This document shows, piece after piece, positions 34,468 through 47,245 of a stretch of DNA of 50,947 bases. The stretch spans positions 1 to 50,947 of the forward strand of contig NIVC01004309.1 of assembly GCA_002269645.1 (NCBI GenBank), given 5' to 3'. Both the position numbers and the translations under genes were made by a program. How positions within the stretch are numbered: the stretch's first letter is position 1; every line of letters starts with the position of its first letter. The stretch comes from Macrostomum lignano. Lineage: Eukaryota. The notes under the pieces are model-generated. The model was given only the letters and a program-made list of their open reading frames with translations, did not search any database and had not been told where the DNA came from.

Positions 34468-35389
34468 TAGATAGAGCGTTATGGACAAACATACAAACAA
34501 ACCTTAGAGATTTAGTATATTTAGAAGATAGAAGAAGTACTGCAGTTGTGTTCTGTGTGACACACTAAAAGTAGGGATCGAACGTCGTGCATGGATTTCG
34601 TCAGTCAGCCATAGTCCCTTGCCGTCCTGTCCCCCCACTCTCAGTGTGTACAGACGTTGATTTTGTGCTGTTATTTCTATTCTGGCGACATTCTCCAACC
34701 TATACGCTCGTATGAGGGATTTTGCGATTCAAATCTTTATTCGACTACTTTTTCTCAGTAGTCTAAATTGAATCTCACATTCTGTAAAAATGTTTTAATT
34801 TGGTGCTGAAACCAACTCTAAATGAAACTAGTGTCCTACTCGTATTTTAGTTATCCGTGAAGTCCATTATCTATGATTAAGACCAACCAAGACGGAAATA
34901 TCGTCGTTCTCGTTCGAAGTTGTGTTTATTTGAACTTTTGAATTTGTAATTTTTGGGTCAGTCCCAACAAGACACAGACTTGAAAAGTGCCTTCGTTCCT
35001 GACCTACCCATGCGTTTGCGTAGGGCTAATTTAAATGCAAAAAAACGGTTCATGGTTGCAACCACCGAAAACAAGACTCTTTAGAATTCACTCGCAAGCC
35101 TCCGCGCCTGTGATCAAGAGCAATAAACTCTGTTTGAGCAGCCCATTTCAACGCAAATAGCTCGTATATACTATGCATGGAGATCCAGCTCTGAGTGCGC
35201 GTGCTGCTGAGCATTTTCTCTGCCAAGCGGAAACTCTCAATGTTCTTCACATGGGCGGCCTTATCTGCCTCATACTGCGACTTCCTGCTGTTTTATAGAG
35301 CTTCTATTAAACTGAAGGCTTACATGCATGCTGACTTTCCCATGATCACTACATTATACATGTAGCTGTAAGGCTTCTCATGTCCGTCT

Positions 35390-37520
35390 GCTCTGGTGCC
35401 TGCCTTACCTCATTAGCTGTCTGTCTTCTCTCGCTTGGTGTCTGTCCTCTCTCATTTGATGTCTGTCCTCTCTCATTTGATGTCTGTCCTCTCTCATTTG
35501 GTGTCTGTCCTCTCTCATTTGGTGTCTGTCGTCTCTCATTTGGTGTCTGTCCTCTCTCATTTGGTATCTGTATTCTCTCATTTGATGTCTGTCCTCTCTC
35601 ATTTGGTGTCTGTCCTCTCTCATTTGGTGTCTGTCCTCTCTCATTTGGTATCTGTCCTCTCTCATTTGATGTCTGTCCTCTCTCATTTGGTGTCTGTCCT
35701 CTCTCATTTGATGTCTGTCTTCTCTCATTTGATGTCTGTCTTCTCTCATTTGATGTCTGTCCTCTCTCATTTGGTATCTGTCCTCTCTCATTTGGTATCT
35801 GTCCTCTCTCAGTTGGTGTCTGTCCTCTCTCATTTGATGTCTGTCCCCTCTCTTATTTGGTGTCTGTCTCTCTCATTTGGTATCTGTCCTCTCTCATTTG
35901 ATGTCTGTCCTCTCTCATTTGATGTCTGTCCTCTCTCATTTGATGTCTGTCCTCTCTCATTTAGTGTCTTTCCTCTCTCATTTGATGTCTGTCCTCTCTC
36001 ATTTGATGTCTGTCCTCTCTCATTTGATGTCTGTCCTCTCTCATTTGATGTCTGTCCTCTCTCATTTGATGTCTGTCCTCTCTCATTTGGTATCTGTCGT
36101 CTCTCATTTGGTGTCTGTCCTCTCTCATTTGATGTCTTTCCTCTCTCATTTGGTATCTGTCCTCTCTCATTTGATGTCTGTCCTCTCTCATTTGGTGTCT
36201 GTCCTCTCTCATTTGATGTCTGTCCTCTCTCATTTGATGTTTGTCCTCTCTCATTTGGTGTCTGTCCTCTCTCATTTGATGTCTGTCCTCTCTCATTTGA
36301 TGTCTGTCCTCTCTCATTTGATGTCTGTCCTCTTCTCATTTGGTGTCTTTCCTCTCTCATTTGGTATCTGTCCTCTCTCATTTGATGTCTGTCCTCTCTC
36401 ATTTGATGTCTGTCCTCTCTCATTTGATGTCTGTCCTCTCTCATTTGATGTCTGTCCTCTCTCATTTGATGTCTGTCCTCTCTCATTTGATGTCTGTCCT
36501 CTCTCATTTGATGTCTGTCCTCTCTCATTTGATGTCTGTCCTCTCTCATTTAGTGTCTGTCCTCTCTCATTTGATGTCTGTCCTCTCTCATTTGATGTCT
36601 GTCCTCTCTCATTTGGTGTCTGTCCTCTCTCATTTGATGTCTGTCCTCTCTCATTTGATGTCTGTCCTCTCTCATTTGGTATCTGTCGTCTCTCATTTGG
36701 TGTCTGTCCTCTCTCATTTGATGTCTTTCCTCTCTCATTTGGTATCTGTCGTCTCTCATTTGATGTCTGTCCTCTCTCATTTGATGTCTGTCCTCTTTCA
36801 TTTGATGTCTGTCCTCTTTCATTTGGTGTCTGTCCTCTCTCATTTGGTGTCTGTCCTCTCTCATTTGATGTCTGTCCTCTCTCATGTGATGTCTGTCCTC
36901 TCTCATTTGATGCCTGTCCTCTCTCATTTGGTATCTGTCGTCTCTCATTTGGTGTCTGTCCTCTCTTATTTGATGTCTGTCCTCTCTCATTTGATGTCTG
37001 TCCTCTTTCATTTGATGTCTTTCCTCTCTCATTTGGTATCTGTCGTCTCTCATTTGGTGTCTGTCCTCTCTCATTTGATGTCTGTCCTCTCTCATTTGAT
37101 GTATGTCCTCTCTCATTTGATGTCTGTCCTCTTCTCATTTGATGTCTGTCCTCTCTCATTTGGTGTCTGTCCTCTCTCATTTGATGTCTGTCCTCTCTCA
37201 TTTGATGTCTGTCCTCTCTCATTTGGTGTCTGTCCTCTCTCATTTGATGTCTTTCCTCTCTCATTTGATGTCTTTCCTCTCTCATTTGATGTCTGTCCTC
37301 TCTCATTTGGTGTCTGTCCTCTCTCATTTGATGTCTTTCCTCTCTCATTTGGTATCTGTCGTCTCTCATTTGGTGTCTGTCCTCTCTCATTTGATGTCTG
37401 TCCTCTCTCATTTGATGTCTGTCCTCTCTCATTTGATGTCTGTCCTCTTTCATTTGATGTCTGTCCTCTCTCATTTGGTGTCTGTCCTCTCTCATTTGAT
37501 GTCTGTCCTCTCTCATTTGA
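35390..37520. repeat. 21-bp minisatellite (TCTGTCCTCTCTCATTTGATG), ~100 copies
   Basis: Direct reading; source of all ORFs in 35380-37584. Confidence 0.97.
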
Positions 37521-38242
37521 TTCTTTCGTTTTATTTGATCAGTCTATAAATCATTGTACTACGCGCTCGTACTCCTCATTTTAGACATAAAAATAATGCT
37601 CAGACTTAAACAGAGAAAACTTTAATCAGTTGAATTTCTTCTCGTCCCAAATTATAGCCAACTGAAGTTTGGAGTGGATTGCTTGCCTGCAAACCCTCTC
37701 ATTTCGGCAGTGTGTCGTCAAGCCATTGTGCCAAGCCAACGACCATTGTACTATTTTCGCAAACAAGCGGTCGCTCAGTGAAGGTAAGACGCCTTGTTGA
37801 AAAAAAATTATTAAGAAAACCTTGCGCTACTGAGGAACTTTCTCTAGGAGGAACTTGCCAACAAGCCACAAGAAGCTGAGGTAACTCAGTCTGCAGAAGA
37901 GTCCAGAGGAAGAAAATTGGAATCATTTTTTTGCCGCACACAACGGGCAAAAAATTCAAGCATCCGACATCAGTTCTCAGCTGGGGAAGGCTGACATGTT
38001 TGCATTTGCTAAAACTATTTCTCTGCCACTCACTCTCCAGCTCTCTTTGGTGGACGCTCTGTTGACACAGCAAGGTGCAGCGGCTCGGGCGTGGGCCACC
38101 CACCGACCGCGCGGTTGAAACCAAAATTCTTTCACTGCAACTCAGCACCCAGTCTGCGGCCACCAAAAGCATACAAGCTAAGCAGCTTATATCTTCAGCT
38201 TAAGTAGAAACTATCCTAGGTTGTTTCTTCAACTGAAGATAC

Positions 38243-38244
<2 letters not shown>

Positions 38245-38279
<35 letters not shown>
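38245..38279. repeat. (GA)n microsatellite
   Basis: Direct reading. Confidence 0.95.
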
Positions 38280-38281
<2 letters not shown>

Positions 38282-38634
38282 TGAGAGGCTGTAGAAATTC
38301 TAGAACTCTCTTACCATCACTCGATTCTCTGAGCTGAGCTGCTCTTCCTACGGGGGAGGATTTAGTTTCATTGTACTATTAGGCTGAGCCCTGTATCCGA
38401 TGGCCAGACTGTATACTAGCGACTACCGATCTTTTGGTGTTTGGGCAGCTCAGCTAAACTTATTATCGATTTTTCCTCATTCATTCTTTATACCTCCCTC
38501 AGTCCTCACAGATGCCTGGCTTCGAAGGTAGATGAAAAAGATTTTGCGTTTTTTGAGCCACCCTTTTTCGATCGCGAACTTTTATCTGTTGGAATACAAA
38601 TAGTTATTCAGAAACTGCCGCCAATCAAAGCGAC

Positions 38635-38945
38635 AGTTGATCCACAGGTAGTGAGGAGGCGAGCAGCCAGGCCAGTCCCGCTGATCCCTCGAGCATGTAT
38701 ACGGATAGGCATGCAGACAGGCACTCGCTCACACGGGGTGTACAGGGGCCCTGACCTTCCTAATCGTCCAGCAAGTACACTCTCTGTGCCTTGGGAGTTG
38801 GTCCTGATGGACAAGAGATGCACTCGACACAATTAACGGCTCGTGTACAGCGGCAGACGTCGGATTGTTGCAGCAGGAATCGAATCCGGGACACTGTGGC
38901 TCTGCTCTGCCCTATAAATCCGTTATTTAGTAGCCATTACAGGAG
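38635..38945. repeat. Degenerate interspersed repeat, copy A (possibly old tRNA-SINE on the minus strand)
   Basis: Shares GATCYACAGGT, CCCGCT.AT, ATGCAGAC, GTGTACAG..GCCC.GACYTTC, a GYCC-TSAT-GGRC hairpin, AATTAAC and CTGCTCTGCCC with 42260-42530. A reverse B-box-like GGAATCGAATCC is present. Confidence 0.6.
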
Positions 38946-40534
38946 TACCGAATTCTGAAAATAAAAGTGCAAGTTTGATGAGTCGCTTTTTCTAAAAACT
39001 CAATCATATAACAGCTGGATGGAGCACTTTCATTTTGAGTACATTGGACCTTTGAGTCCAGCAGTGTCTTCAATTTTTACTCGACATCCCATTTAAACAT
39101 TGTACGTATGTTTGCTATGAACTTTTAAGGTAGAATAGGCGTAAAAGGTGTAAATTGGCCCCAACTTTCACATCATCAGGCAGTGTACGCCTTCTCCTAA
39201 TTATTGAACAAAAGCAAAGCAAAGCAGCAACCTCGGAGATCAACTGATCACTTTCTGTGCATCATTAGCAAGAATATTTACGTTACACAAAACATCAAGG
39301 CAGAGATAACTGACAAGCGAATTTCCCAATTGCGCAAAATATTGCCATGAAGAAGAGCACACAGAAAAGACAGCCTGCAAACAACTGCGCAGCAACATGA
39401 TGTTTGGTCTTGATCGCGCTTGACAATTATCCAGACAAAAAAGCATATTGGACAAATTCTAGGCGAGGCATGATGCTGGGAAAATAATCCCAGGATAGGA
39501 TGAAGTTTTCTGGCCCGAAGGGAGGGGGGATCTGCTGCACAGCAGCCTCAGCCAGTGGCTGGAGCGGCACCCAGTGATGGAGAGAGGAAGCTGCATGCGT
39601 GGAGATTTTTAATAGGCCTTTGGTATGCCTTCACTATTGAGCCTCAATGGGCCAGTGGGCCAGTGGGAGACTGAGACAGCAAGAGTTGAACAGGTAAATG
39701 GAGAAATTGGAGCCGAGTTCCCAGCAGCCTCAGCCGCCCTACGCCTAGCAGATCGCTTAGTCCTGGCTAATTATGTAAGTAGTCCCGCACCTTGCTTCCT
39801 CTCTCTCTTTTGCTTTAATGACATTCATTATCTATTCTGCCTTTGGGCTGTTCATGCCTGTCCATCTGCCCAGTGCGTCAATTAGGGTCTTGCATGAGCG
39901 CTGCTCATGATACTTACTGGTTTAGCTGACTAAGTGTTGAGCACCTCCATCTAGCTGCTGTGGGCTATTTTTAGTGAGATCGCTTCACCTGGGACTTCGA
40001 AATTGATTACTAAATATCTGTTTTACTAGCGTAGGGATGAAAAGTCAGGGCGCAGACTGTGCACATGCTGCGTGGGCATATTCATCCGGGCAGGTAACTT
40101 TAATAAGCTAATTAGAATAGTATCTATACAGAAATGAAAAAGAGGCGTGCATTTGTATGGCAAAGAATACAAGTCCTTCTCAACATGTAGATGTCCGAGT
40201 GAAGAAGAGGCTGCAACACGAGTATATGAAAATGAAACGAGTTTGAGATAGAAAGAAGCAAGGATGGCTACGGACTTGGGAGGAACAACCAAAAAGGACG
40301 TGGCATTTTTGCTTGGTAATTTGATTAGGCCTGCAACTGTGCACGGATCATAAAGCATCCTTGCTCGGCCCAGATCCTCTGGCCTGGCCTGGGCGTGTTG
40401 CTAAGACGCTGTGGATGCAAGACAAAAAACGCTTGGGTAGCAAACAGTTCTCTGGTTCTTTGTATTAGTACATGTGCATTCGGACTGGGCTACGAGCTGG
40501 CTCCTGTGTGTGATGAGACACTGTGTGTGTCTAG

Positions 40535-40830
40535 TGTGACATTGTGTTTCTGATATGACATTGTGGGAGTGCTTAATGTGACATCGTGTGTTTCCAATGT
40601 GACATTATGAGCCTGATTTGACATTGTGAGAGTTGTTTAATGTGACATCGTGTGTTTCCAATGTGACATTATGTGCCTGATATGACATTGTGGGAGTTGC
40701 TTAATGTGACCTCGTGTGTTTCCAATGTGACATTATGTGCCTGATATGACATTGTGGGAGTTGCTTAATGTGACCTCGTGTGTTTCCAATGTGACATTGT
40801 GCGTTCCCGATGTGACGATGTGACATTTGG
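40535..40830. repeat. ~64-bp higher-order tandem repeat built from ~21-bp GTGACAT subunits
   Basis: TGACATTGTGGGAGTTGC recurs at 40683 and 40747. Confidence 0.8.
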
Positions 40831-41489
40831 TTGCCCAATCAACCGATTCCCAGATTTCATGGACTAAAAGAGATTGCAATTTCGTTACACAGGAAAGTCT
40901 GAGAAAGGCACTTTATTTAGAGCTTCAAATGTGATAAGCAATATCTTAAAGGACATATGTGAATGCTATTTATTTGGAAATGTGCGACTTAGATCAACCT
41001 CGAGGATATTGCAGGGAGACAGTTGCTAAATAGGGCCTCCCTTGCACTGCTATTGGGAAGCTACAAGCCTTGCAGATATTATACACTGCTTCACCGATAA
41101 CCAACGAAACAATGATAAAAATCCAATGTATGTATCGTATTGCCATTCAACAGAAATTTATTTCCCGCCTAAATTTTCAATTCCAGCAGCGATGTTAACT
41201 ATCCCTCTGTAGCCCTGTGCTCATTCAGAGCAATGAATATATCCTGGAAAATACAAATTCAATGGATTAAAAGAAGGGTTGAGTTGAAATGCATTTCCTT
41301 CCTCCGCATGGGTGCATTTGATCTTTTCCAAAAATAAAATGAAAGACCGGTATGCCCGCTCTTATTGCATGTCTTCAATTGAATGATGATAAAATATACT
41401 GATACTTGTTTCAGTTATTTCATATACCGTCGCGGTAACTAGTCCATTCGCAAAACACCTCGATAATGCAAATACCATCAGCGAAAAGC

Positions 41490-41840
41490 ACCCTCAAACA
41501 CCCTCAAACATCCTAAAAAACCTTAAACACCCTCAAACACCCTCAAACACCCTCAAACACCCTCAAACGCCCTCAAAGACCCTCAAAGACCCTCAAAGAC
41601 CCTCAAACACCCTCAAACACTCTTCAACACTCTCAAACACTCCCATACACCCTCAAACACCCTCAAACGCCCTCAAATACCCTCAAATACCCTCAAACAC
41701 CCTCAAATACCCTCAAATACCCTCAAATACCCTCAAACACCCTCAAACACCCTCAAACACCCTCAAACACCCTAAAACACCCTCAAACACTCTCAAACAC
41801 CCTAAAACACACTCAAACACTCTCAAACACCCTCAAACAC
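41490..41840. repeat. 10-bp minisatellite (CCCTCAAACA)n
   Basis: Direct reading. Confidence 0.95.
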
Positions 41841-41889
41841 TGATTATCAACCCGTAAAACCCCATAAACCGTTCTCCCTCCCTTCGCAG

Positions 41890-42270
41890 GACCCTCTGCC
41901 CATGGCTGCACGATGCCTGCAGCAACTATTGGCGACTGGTCCTGTCTCTATTCACGCCAGAAAAGAGTGCCCGCGATACCCGGGCAGCAGCAGCAGCCGG
42001 GGTGGAAAAGGCGGCTACGGCATCGACAGCAGCTGCCGAAGGAGTTGACGACGACTCCGACGAGGTGTTCCTGCGCGAGCACCAGCGACAGCGGCAGCAG
42101 CAGCGGCAGCCGCACTGCCAGGAGCCCACACGGTTTGTGCGTACCAAATTTTCTAGACGAGATTCTCAACAATCGCAGCGCGAGCGTCAGCGCAAGAAGC
42201 GGCAACGAATGTGCCTCGGCGGCTTGCATCATTCGGACTCGAGAAGCAGTGATGGCGGCCCGATCTACAG
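41890..42270 (+). CDS. Putative internal coding exon (381 nt, phase 2-2), acidic then basic/Gln-rich
   Basis: Acceptor CCCTTCGCAG, donor CAG|GTGAAT, GC-rich and stop-free: TLCPWLHDACSNYWRLVLSLF...DDDSDEVFLREHQ...RERQRKKRQR...GPIY. Phase is compatible with the exon at 47806. Confidence 0.5.
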
Positions 42271-42530
42271 GTGAATGATATTCCTCTTCCCGCTCATTTC
42301 GCATCTTTACGTATGCAGACCCGCACTCAACACACACTGGGTGTACAGCGCCCTGACTTTCGAATCGCCAGGCAGAGTGTAGTGAGTGAGTGTGAGTGAG
42401 GGGTCGGCCCTCATGGGCGTGAGGTGCAAGACAAGCCTCAAATTAACCGAATCGAACCATTGTACCTTGATTTACCGCTAGGGCTGCTCTGCCCATGCAC
42501 TTTAACCGCTTATAACTCTATCATTTACGC
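42260..42530. repeat. Degenerate interspersed repeat, copy B
   Basis: Homology to 38635-38945 and 47148-47245; reverse B-box-like GAATCGAACC. Confidence 0.6.
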
Positions 42531-43356
42531 CAGGGGTTGGCAAGCTCTGGCCCGCAAAGCCTCTCCATCCGGCCCTCGGGTCCTTTGAAACTTCACAATA
42601 GCAATCCGATCCGCACAAGGTTTGCATCTCCTCTCAGCTCTATTCTCTCACCTCACCTCATCTTATCTGCTCTCTTCTCCTCTCTCCCCTCTCCTCTCCT
42701 CTCCTCTCCTCTCCTCTCCTCTCCTCTCCTCTCCTCTCCTCTCCTCTCCTCTCCTCTCCTCTCCTCTCCTCTCCTCTCCTCTCCTCTCCTCTCCTCTCCT
42801 CTCCTCTCCTCTCCTCTCCTCTCCTCTCCTCTCCTCTCCTCTCCTCTCCTCTCCTCTCCTCTCCTCTCCTCTCCTCTCCTCTCCTCTCCTCTCCTCTTCT
42901 CTCCTCTCCTCTCCTCTCCTCTCCTCTCCTCTCCTCTCCTCTCCTCTCCTCTCCTCTTCTCTCCTCTCCTCTCCTCTCCTCTCCTCTCCTCTCCTCTCCT
43001 CTCCTCTCCTCTCCTCTCCTCTCCTCTCTCCTCTCCTCTCCTATCCTCTCCTCTCCTCTCCTCTCCTCTCCTCTTCTCTTCTCTCCTCTTCTCTCCTCTC
43101 CTCTCTCCTCTCCTCTCCTCTCCTCTCCTCTCCTCTCCTCTCCTCTCCTCTCCTCTCCTCTCCTCTCCTCTCCTCTCCTCTCCTCTCCTCTCCTCTCCTC
43201 TCCTCTCCTCTCCTCTCCTCTCCTCTCCTCTCCTCTCATCTCTTTACTCGTATTCCTAGCCTCTTCTTTCTCCTATCTCTCTTCTCTGTTCCCTCTCTTC
43301 TCTCCCTTCCTCTGGCCGGCAGTTGGCCCTTTAGGTAAAAAGTTTTCCAACCCCTG
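42531..43356. mobile_element. hAT-type MITE with internal (CTCCT)n expansion
   Basis: TIRs CAGGGGTTGG...CCAACCCCTG; 8-bp TSD ATTTACGC / ATTTAAGC (7 of 8 match); subterminal GGCCCG motifs. Confidence 0.85.
42670..43238. repeat. (CTCCT)n pentanucleotide microsatellite
   Basis: Direct reading. Confidence 0.97.
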
Positions 43357-43969
43357 ATTTAAGCCGTGTCTCCCGAAGCTGCTCTGTTACTAACTCAGTG
43401 GCATTTGATTGCTAAACGCCATCACAAAATGACAAATAATTCAGTGCAGTTAAATTGAACCCATCTTTGGCCAGCATTATGTTATAGATAACCAATGAGC
43501 TTCTCTCCAGCACTGCATATCTACGGGGAATAGTTTAAAATGAATATCACAGATATATCTCGAATATATTACTTTCTTTCTTTAGTCCGGCTGCTCAGCG
43601 AGTTATAACTTTTTTCGAACGTGATCTCTTGAGTCTTCCGGCTCTAGTAGCTGTTTTTCTACCGCATATTCCTTGACTCATTTCCTCGAGACTTGATGAA
43701 GCTGTGATTTGGGCAATTTGGGACGTTATCAGCTCGCTCGTGCGGAGAGGATCTCTGATATCTATACTGCTGTGGGGCGGTGGGTAAGTTATCTCGCAGG
43801 TTTAGCAAATTCCGTCATATTTATGAGTCATTTTCCTCGTGACTTTTTGCGACCTCTGTATTTCTATCCCTGTCTTCCATTTCCGAAATTATTTTTTCGG
43901 TCTTGCTCATCAGGGATTTAGGATTAAGACTCTTAGCGATTAGCACAGCTTACAGCTTCAGTTACAGTT

Positions 43970-44480
43970 ATGAAGATTCGGAAGAGGTGCCTCGTGGGGA
44001 TTCGGAGGTGTACCGAGAAAATTCGGAGATGGTGCTACGTCAAGATTCGGAGGTGATGCTACGTCAAGATTCGGAGGTGGTGCTACGTCAAGATTCGGAG
44101 GTGGTGCTACGTCAAGATTCGGAGGTGGTGCTACGTCAAGATTCGGAGGTGGTGCTACGTCGAGATTCGGAGGTGGTGCTACGTCAAGATTCGGAGGTGG
44201 TGCTACGTCAAGATTCGGAGGTGATGCTACGTCAAGATTCGGAGGTGGTGCTACGTCAAGATTCGGAGGTAGTGCTACGTCAAGATTCGGAGGTGATGCT
44301 ACGTCAAGATTCGGAGGTAGTGCTACGTCAAGATTCGGAGGTGGTGCTACGTCAAGATTCGGAGGTAGTGCTACGTCAAGATTCGGAGGTGATGCTATGT
44401 CAAGATTCGGAGGTGGTGCTACGTCAAGATTCGGAGGTGATGCTACGTCAAGATTCGGAGGTGATGCTACGTCAAGATTT
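43970..44480. repeat. 24-bp minisatellite (CAAGATTCGGAGGTGGTGCTACGT), ~20 copies
   Basis: Direct reading; unit variants include non-synonymous changes (GTG/ATG). Confidence 0.9.
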
Positions 44481-47147
44481 TGAGAATAAAGTGACGCGCG
44501 TAAAGACACAGTGAAGCACGAGTGCTGACTATATTTATTACACGTATTACACGTTTTGTCGCGTACAAATCACTCAACTATCAACGAACACCCCGCTCAC
44601 ACAGTTTTCTGACCTCTTGACCCGTCTGAAAGTTGCTACTGCTAAGTTCATCGCGCACGAATTCTCTTACATCTCGTGCATCCGGAGTGGAGGCAAAGTA
44701 GACGAGCAGAAGCCGCAATCTGAGCTGGTGAGGATGCTGTTGGCAATTAATCGCCACAGGGCAAGAGAAAGGGAGCTCACTAGACTCAAGGAGAAGGCTA
44801 CTAGAATTTTCGCCCCTTCCCAGTAGAGAAAAAGAGCACAGCTGGGGGACGGAAGCTTGTCTTGATTGCAAACAAACCACTGCTGCAGCAGACTCTCCTA
44901 TCTGATGGTGTTGAACTCCAGAAGTCGGCATGCGAATTCTCTCCACTGCACGATGGGGCGACGAGAGGGGCGCTTGCGGGCAGAGAGAAAAGCGGTCTGG
45001 ACGAGAAAAAAGCCTTAGACTGAAGAGTTGGTTGGAGGGCAAGCGCTTTGGTGTCGGGCCTGGCCAAGCTCATGGCTATGCAGCGCTGCGCCTCCACCGC
45101 ACCCCGACTGGACTTCCGCCTCGATTTTGGAGTGATCTGCAAAGTCAAAATCCTCGACTAACCCCCTGCGCCCCCAGTTCCTCCTTCTCTGCGACTAAAC
45201 TGTGTGGAGTTCTGAACAAACCAAGAAAGTCAGAGGGTCGCTCAGTTTCGCTGCGGATTTTTTTCGGCTTCTCAAGTTCGAATAAACTCTTTGACTACTG
45301 GGTTAGAGCTCGGCTGAGAAAGGGCAAATTATTATAGGATTAGTCACGATTTGCTCGAATTCGATGACTTGAGTAGGACGCGGCGCACTCTTTCAAATTT
45401 TTGCTGTAACTGAACTGCAATTACTTTTTCCTCAAAGTGCATTGTAAATCCACCCGGGCTTTGTTTTAAAGGGCTTTTTGCATTTAATTCAAGATCTAAA
45501 AATGACTGTCAGTCAGATTTTCATCATTTTAATGGCTCAGCTTTATAATTCAACGCATCAAACAAATAAAGCTCTGGCAATGCTTCCTCGAGAACCTTTG
45601 CAATACATTTTCCAAGAGTTTGCTTCTAGTGGTCGTTGAAGTAGGTTATCCTTACTAGCTTAAACCTATAGAAGTTAGCTGATAGATCCTAGGCTCCTTG
45701 ATATGAAACAGGCACCCCTCTGTAAGTCATACGCTTGAAGCTGCTCGACTTTTGAACTTGGACTATATCTAGAGGCTGGACTGCGCTCTTAAAAGGCCTC
45801 ATCTTGAATGACCCTTCGGTCTGACCTGAATTTTAGTCCGGTTGCTCAACTCCGCTCTAAAGGCTCTAAAAGAGCTCAATTCTCAATTTCTATTCTTTCT
45901 CTCTTCTTACCTCTAACCCTTCTCATTCTTCTTCAGCTTTACTGACTTGAGACCATTCCATCATATAGGGCCTGCTGGCTGAGAGGCCGGGCCCAAAATC
46001 TTATTATACACAGTAAGAGCGAGGGAGGCCAAAAAGGGGAGAGAGCTAGGGGAGGGGGGCATTTCCTGGGGCTAGCAGTATAGGGAATCGTGCCACAGAG
46101 CCCCGCTTTAATCCCCGCCGCCACCGCTGTGTCCCACCTTCCTAAGCTATTATCCCATCACGGCTGGCGGCGGCGCAGGTCTGGGGTTGCTCGGGCAGGA
46201 AGACCCGATCCCTGGTACAAATCCGTGCCTGATTTTTGAGCAGCCCAGTCTAAGCTGGGGGTTGCTTGTGTGCTCAAGACACTGTTCAAACACTGATTTT
46301 CAAGAGCGCGCATACTAGTTTTATGCTCCGATGCTCTTTAAAGATTGCGTGAAGTGATTGCACCTCCTTGCGGTGCTATTTCAGCAATAAGTTCATGCTT
46401 AATTGAGTCCTAATTGAGCTGAAAAAAACTTCACAATGAGATGCTGCTTGGAGAACTAATGAATTTTATTAGCCAATTTCCCATGCACTGGGATGGCGTG
46501 CTCATCTTCAGTCGCCCTATGCCATCTCAGATGCTCATCCCTCATGCCAGCCACCTGACATGCTCTGTTCTTAGAAAAGATCGAATTCCGGATCGAACGG
46601 GTCAGCGTGTCGAAAATTCTCCCTCAGGAAAATCCATAGATGTTCCATTAGCAACAAAATGAACGGAAAAAGTATTTATAGCATGCTAGTTAGGATTTGC
46701 ACCTGTCTACTCATTTGGGTTCATTTTTATGCGTACTTTATCCAGTTCTGTGCTAGATTCCTCTCAACTCAACCAGCTGCGTTCAAATCTGTCGCAGGTG
46801 AACAGACGCTAAGAAGTTAGTTGGAAATTTGCGTGTGCATGCAACTCTGCCTATTTTCCACCGTTAAGTTGACGCGCTTCGATCCTAAAAAAATAATCCA
46901 GTAGGTTATGCCCTTATTCAAGTTTTTTTTGTTAAAGCGCACAATTAAAGTTCTTGTCCCGTGAAGTTTCTTGATTCGACGAAAAAAGCGTTCACTTGAA
47001 AAATAAAAACACTACTACTCAAGAACAAATCAAAGGTCAATAAAACATGTCCAACTGTCTACTTTAGCAAGCAGTAGCAACTCGAGACTTGTTTTTTCAA
47101 CTGTTAGCAGATCGGCTACACAAAGGACAAAATAATTGAATTAAGCA

Positions 47148-47245
47148 GGCACACGTTCTCACTGTGTGTACAGCGCCCGGACTTTCTCATGGTCAATGAC
47201 TGTACACTCTCTAGGCCTTTTTGTTGGCCCTCATGGGCGTAAATT
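47148..47245. repeat. Degenerate interspersed repeat, copy C (central domain only)
   Basis: GTGTACAGCGCCCGGACTTTC...CTGTACAC...GGCCCTCATGGGCG. Confidence 0.6.

Noticed and set aside
35380-37584. Multiple overlapping long ORFs
   Set aside because: A 21-bp minisatellite, open in several frames on both strands.
43903-44514. (VLRQDSEV)n ORF as a repeat protein or peptide precursor
   Set aside because: No signal peptide or dibasic sites, and variants include non-synonymous changes; treated as a minisatellite.
44581-45337. Several 70-150 aa ORFs on both strands
   Set aside because: No recognisable domain or consistent splice signals; may be decayed transposon sequence.
47166-47238. HDV-like ribozyme fold for the repeat core
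   Set aside because: P1/P2/P3-like pairings can be drawn, but extra bases separate P3 from P1, the P1.1 GG is missing, and copies A and B do not fit.
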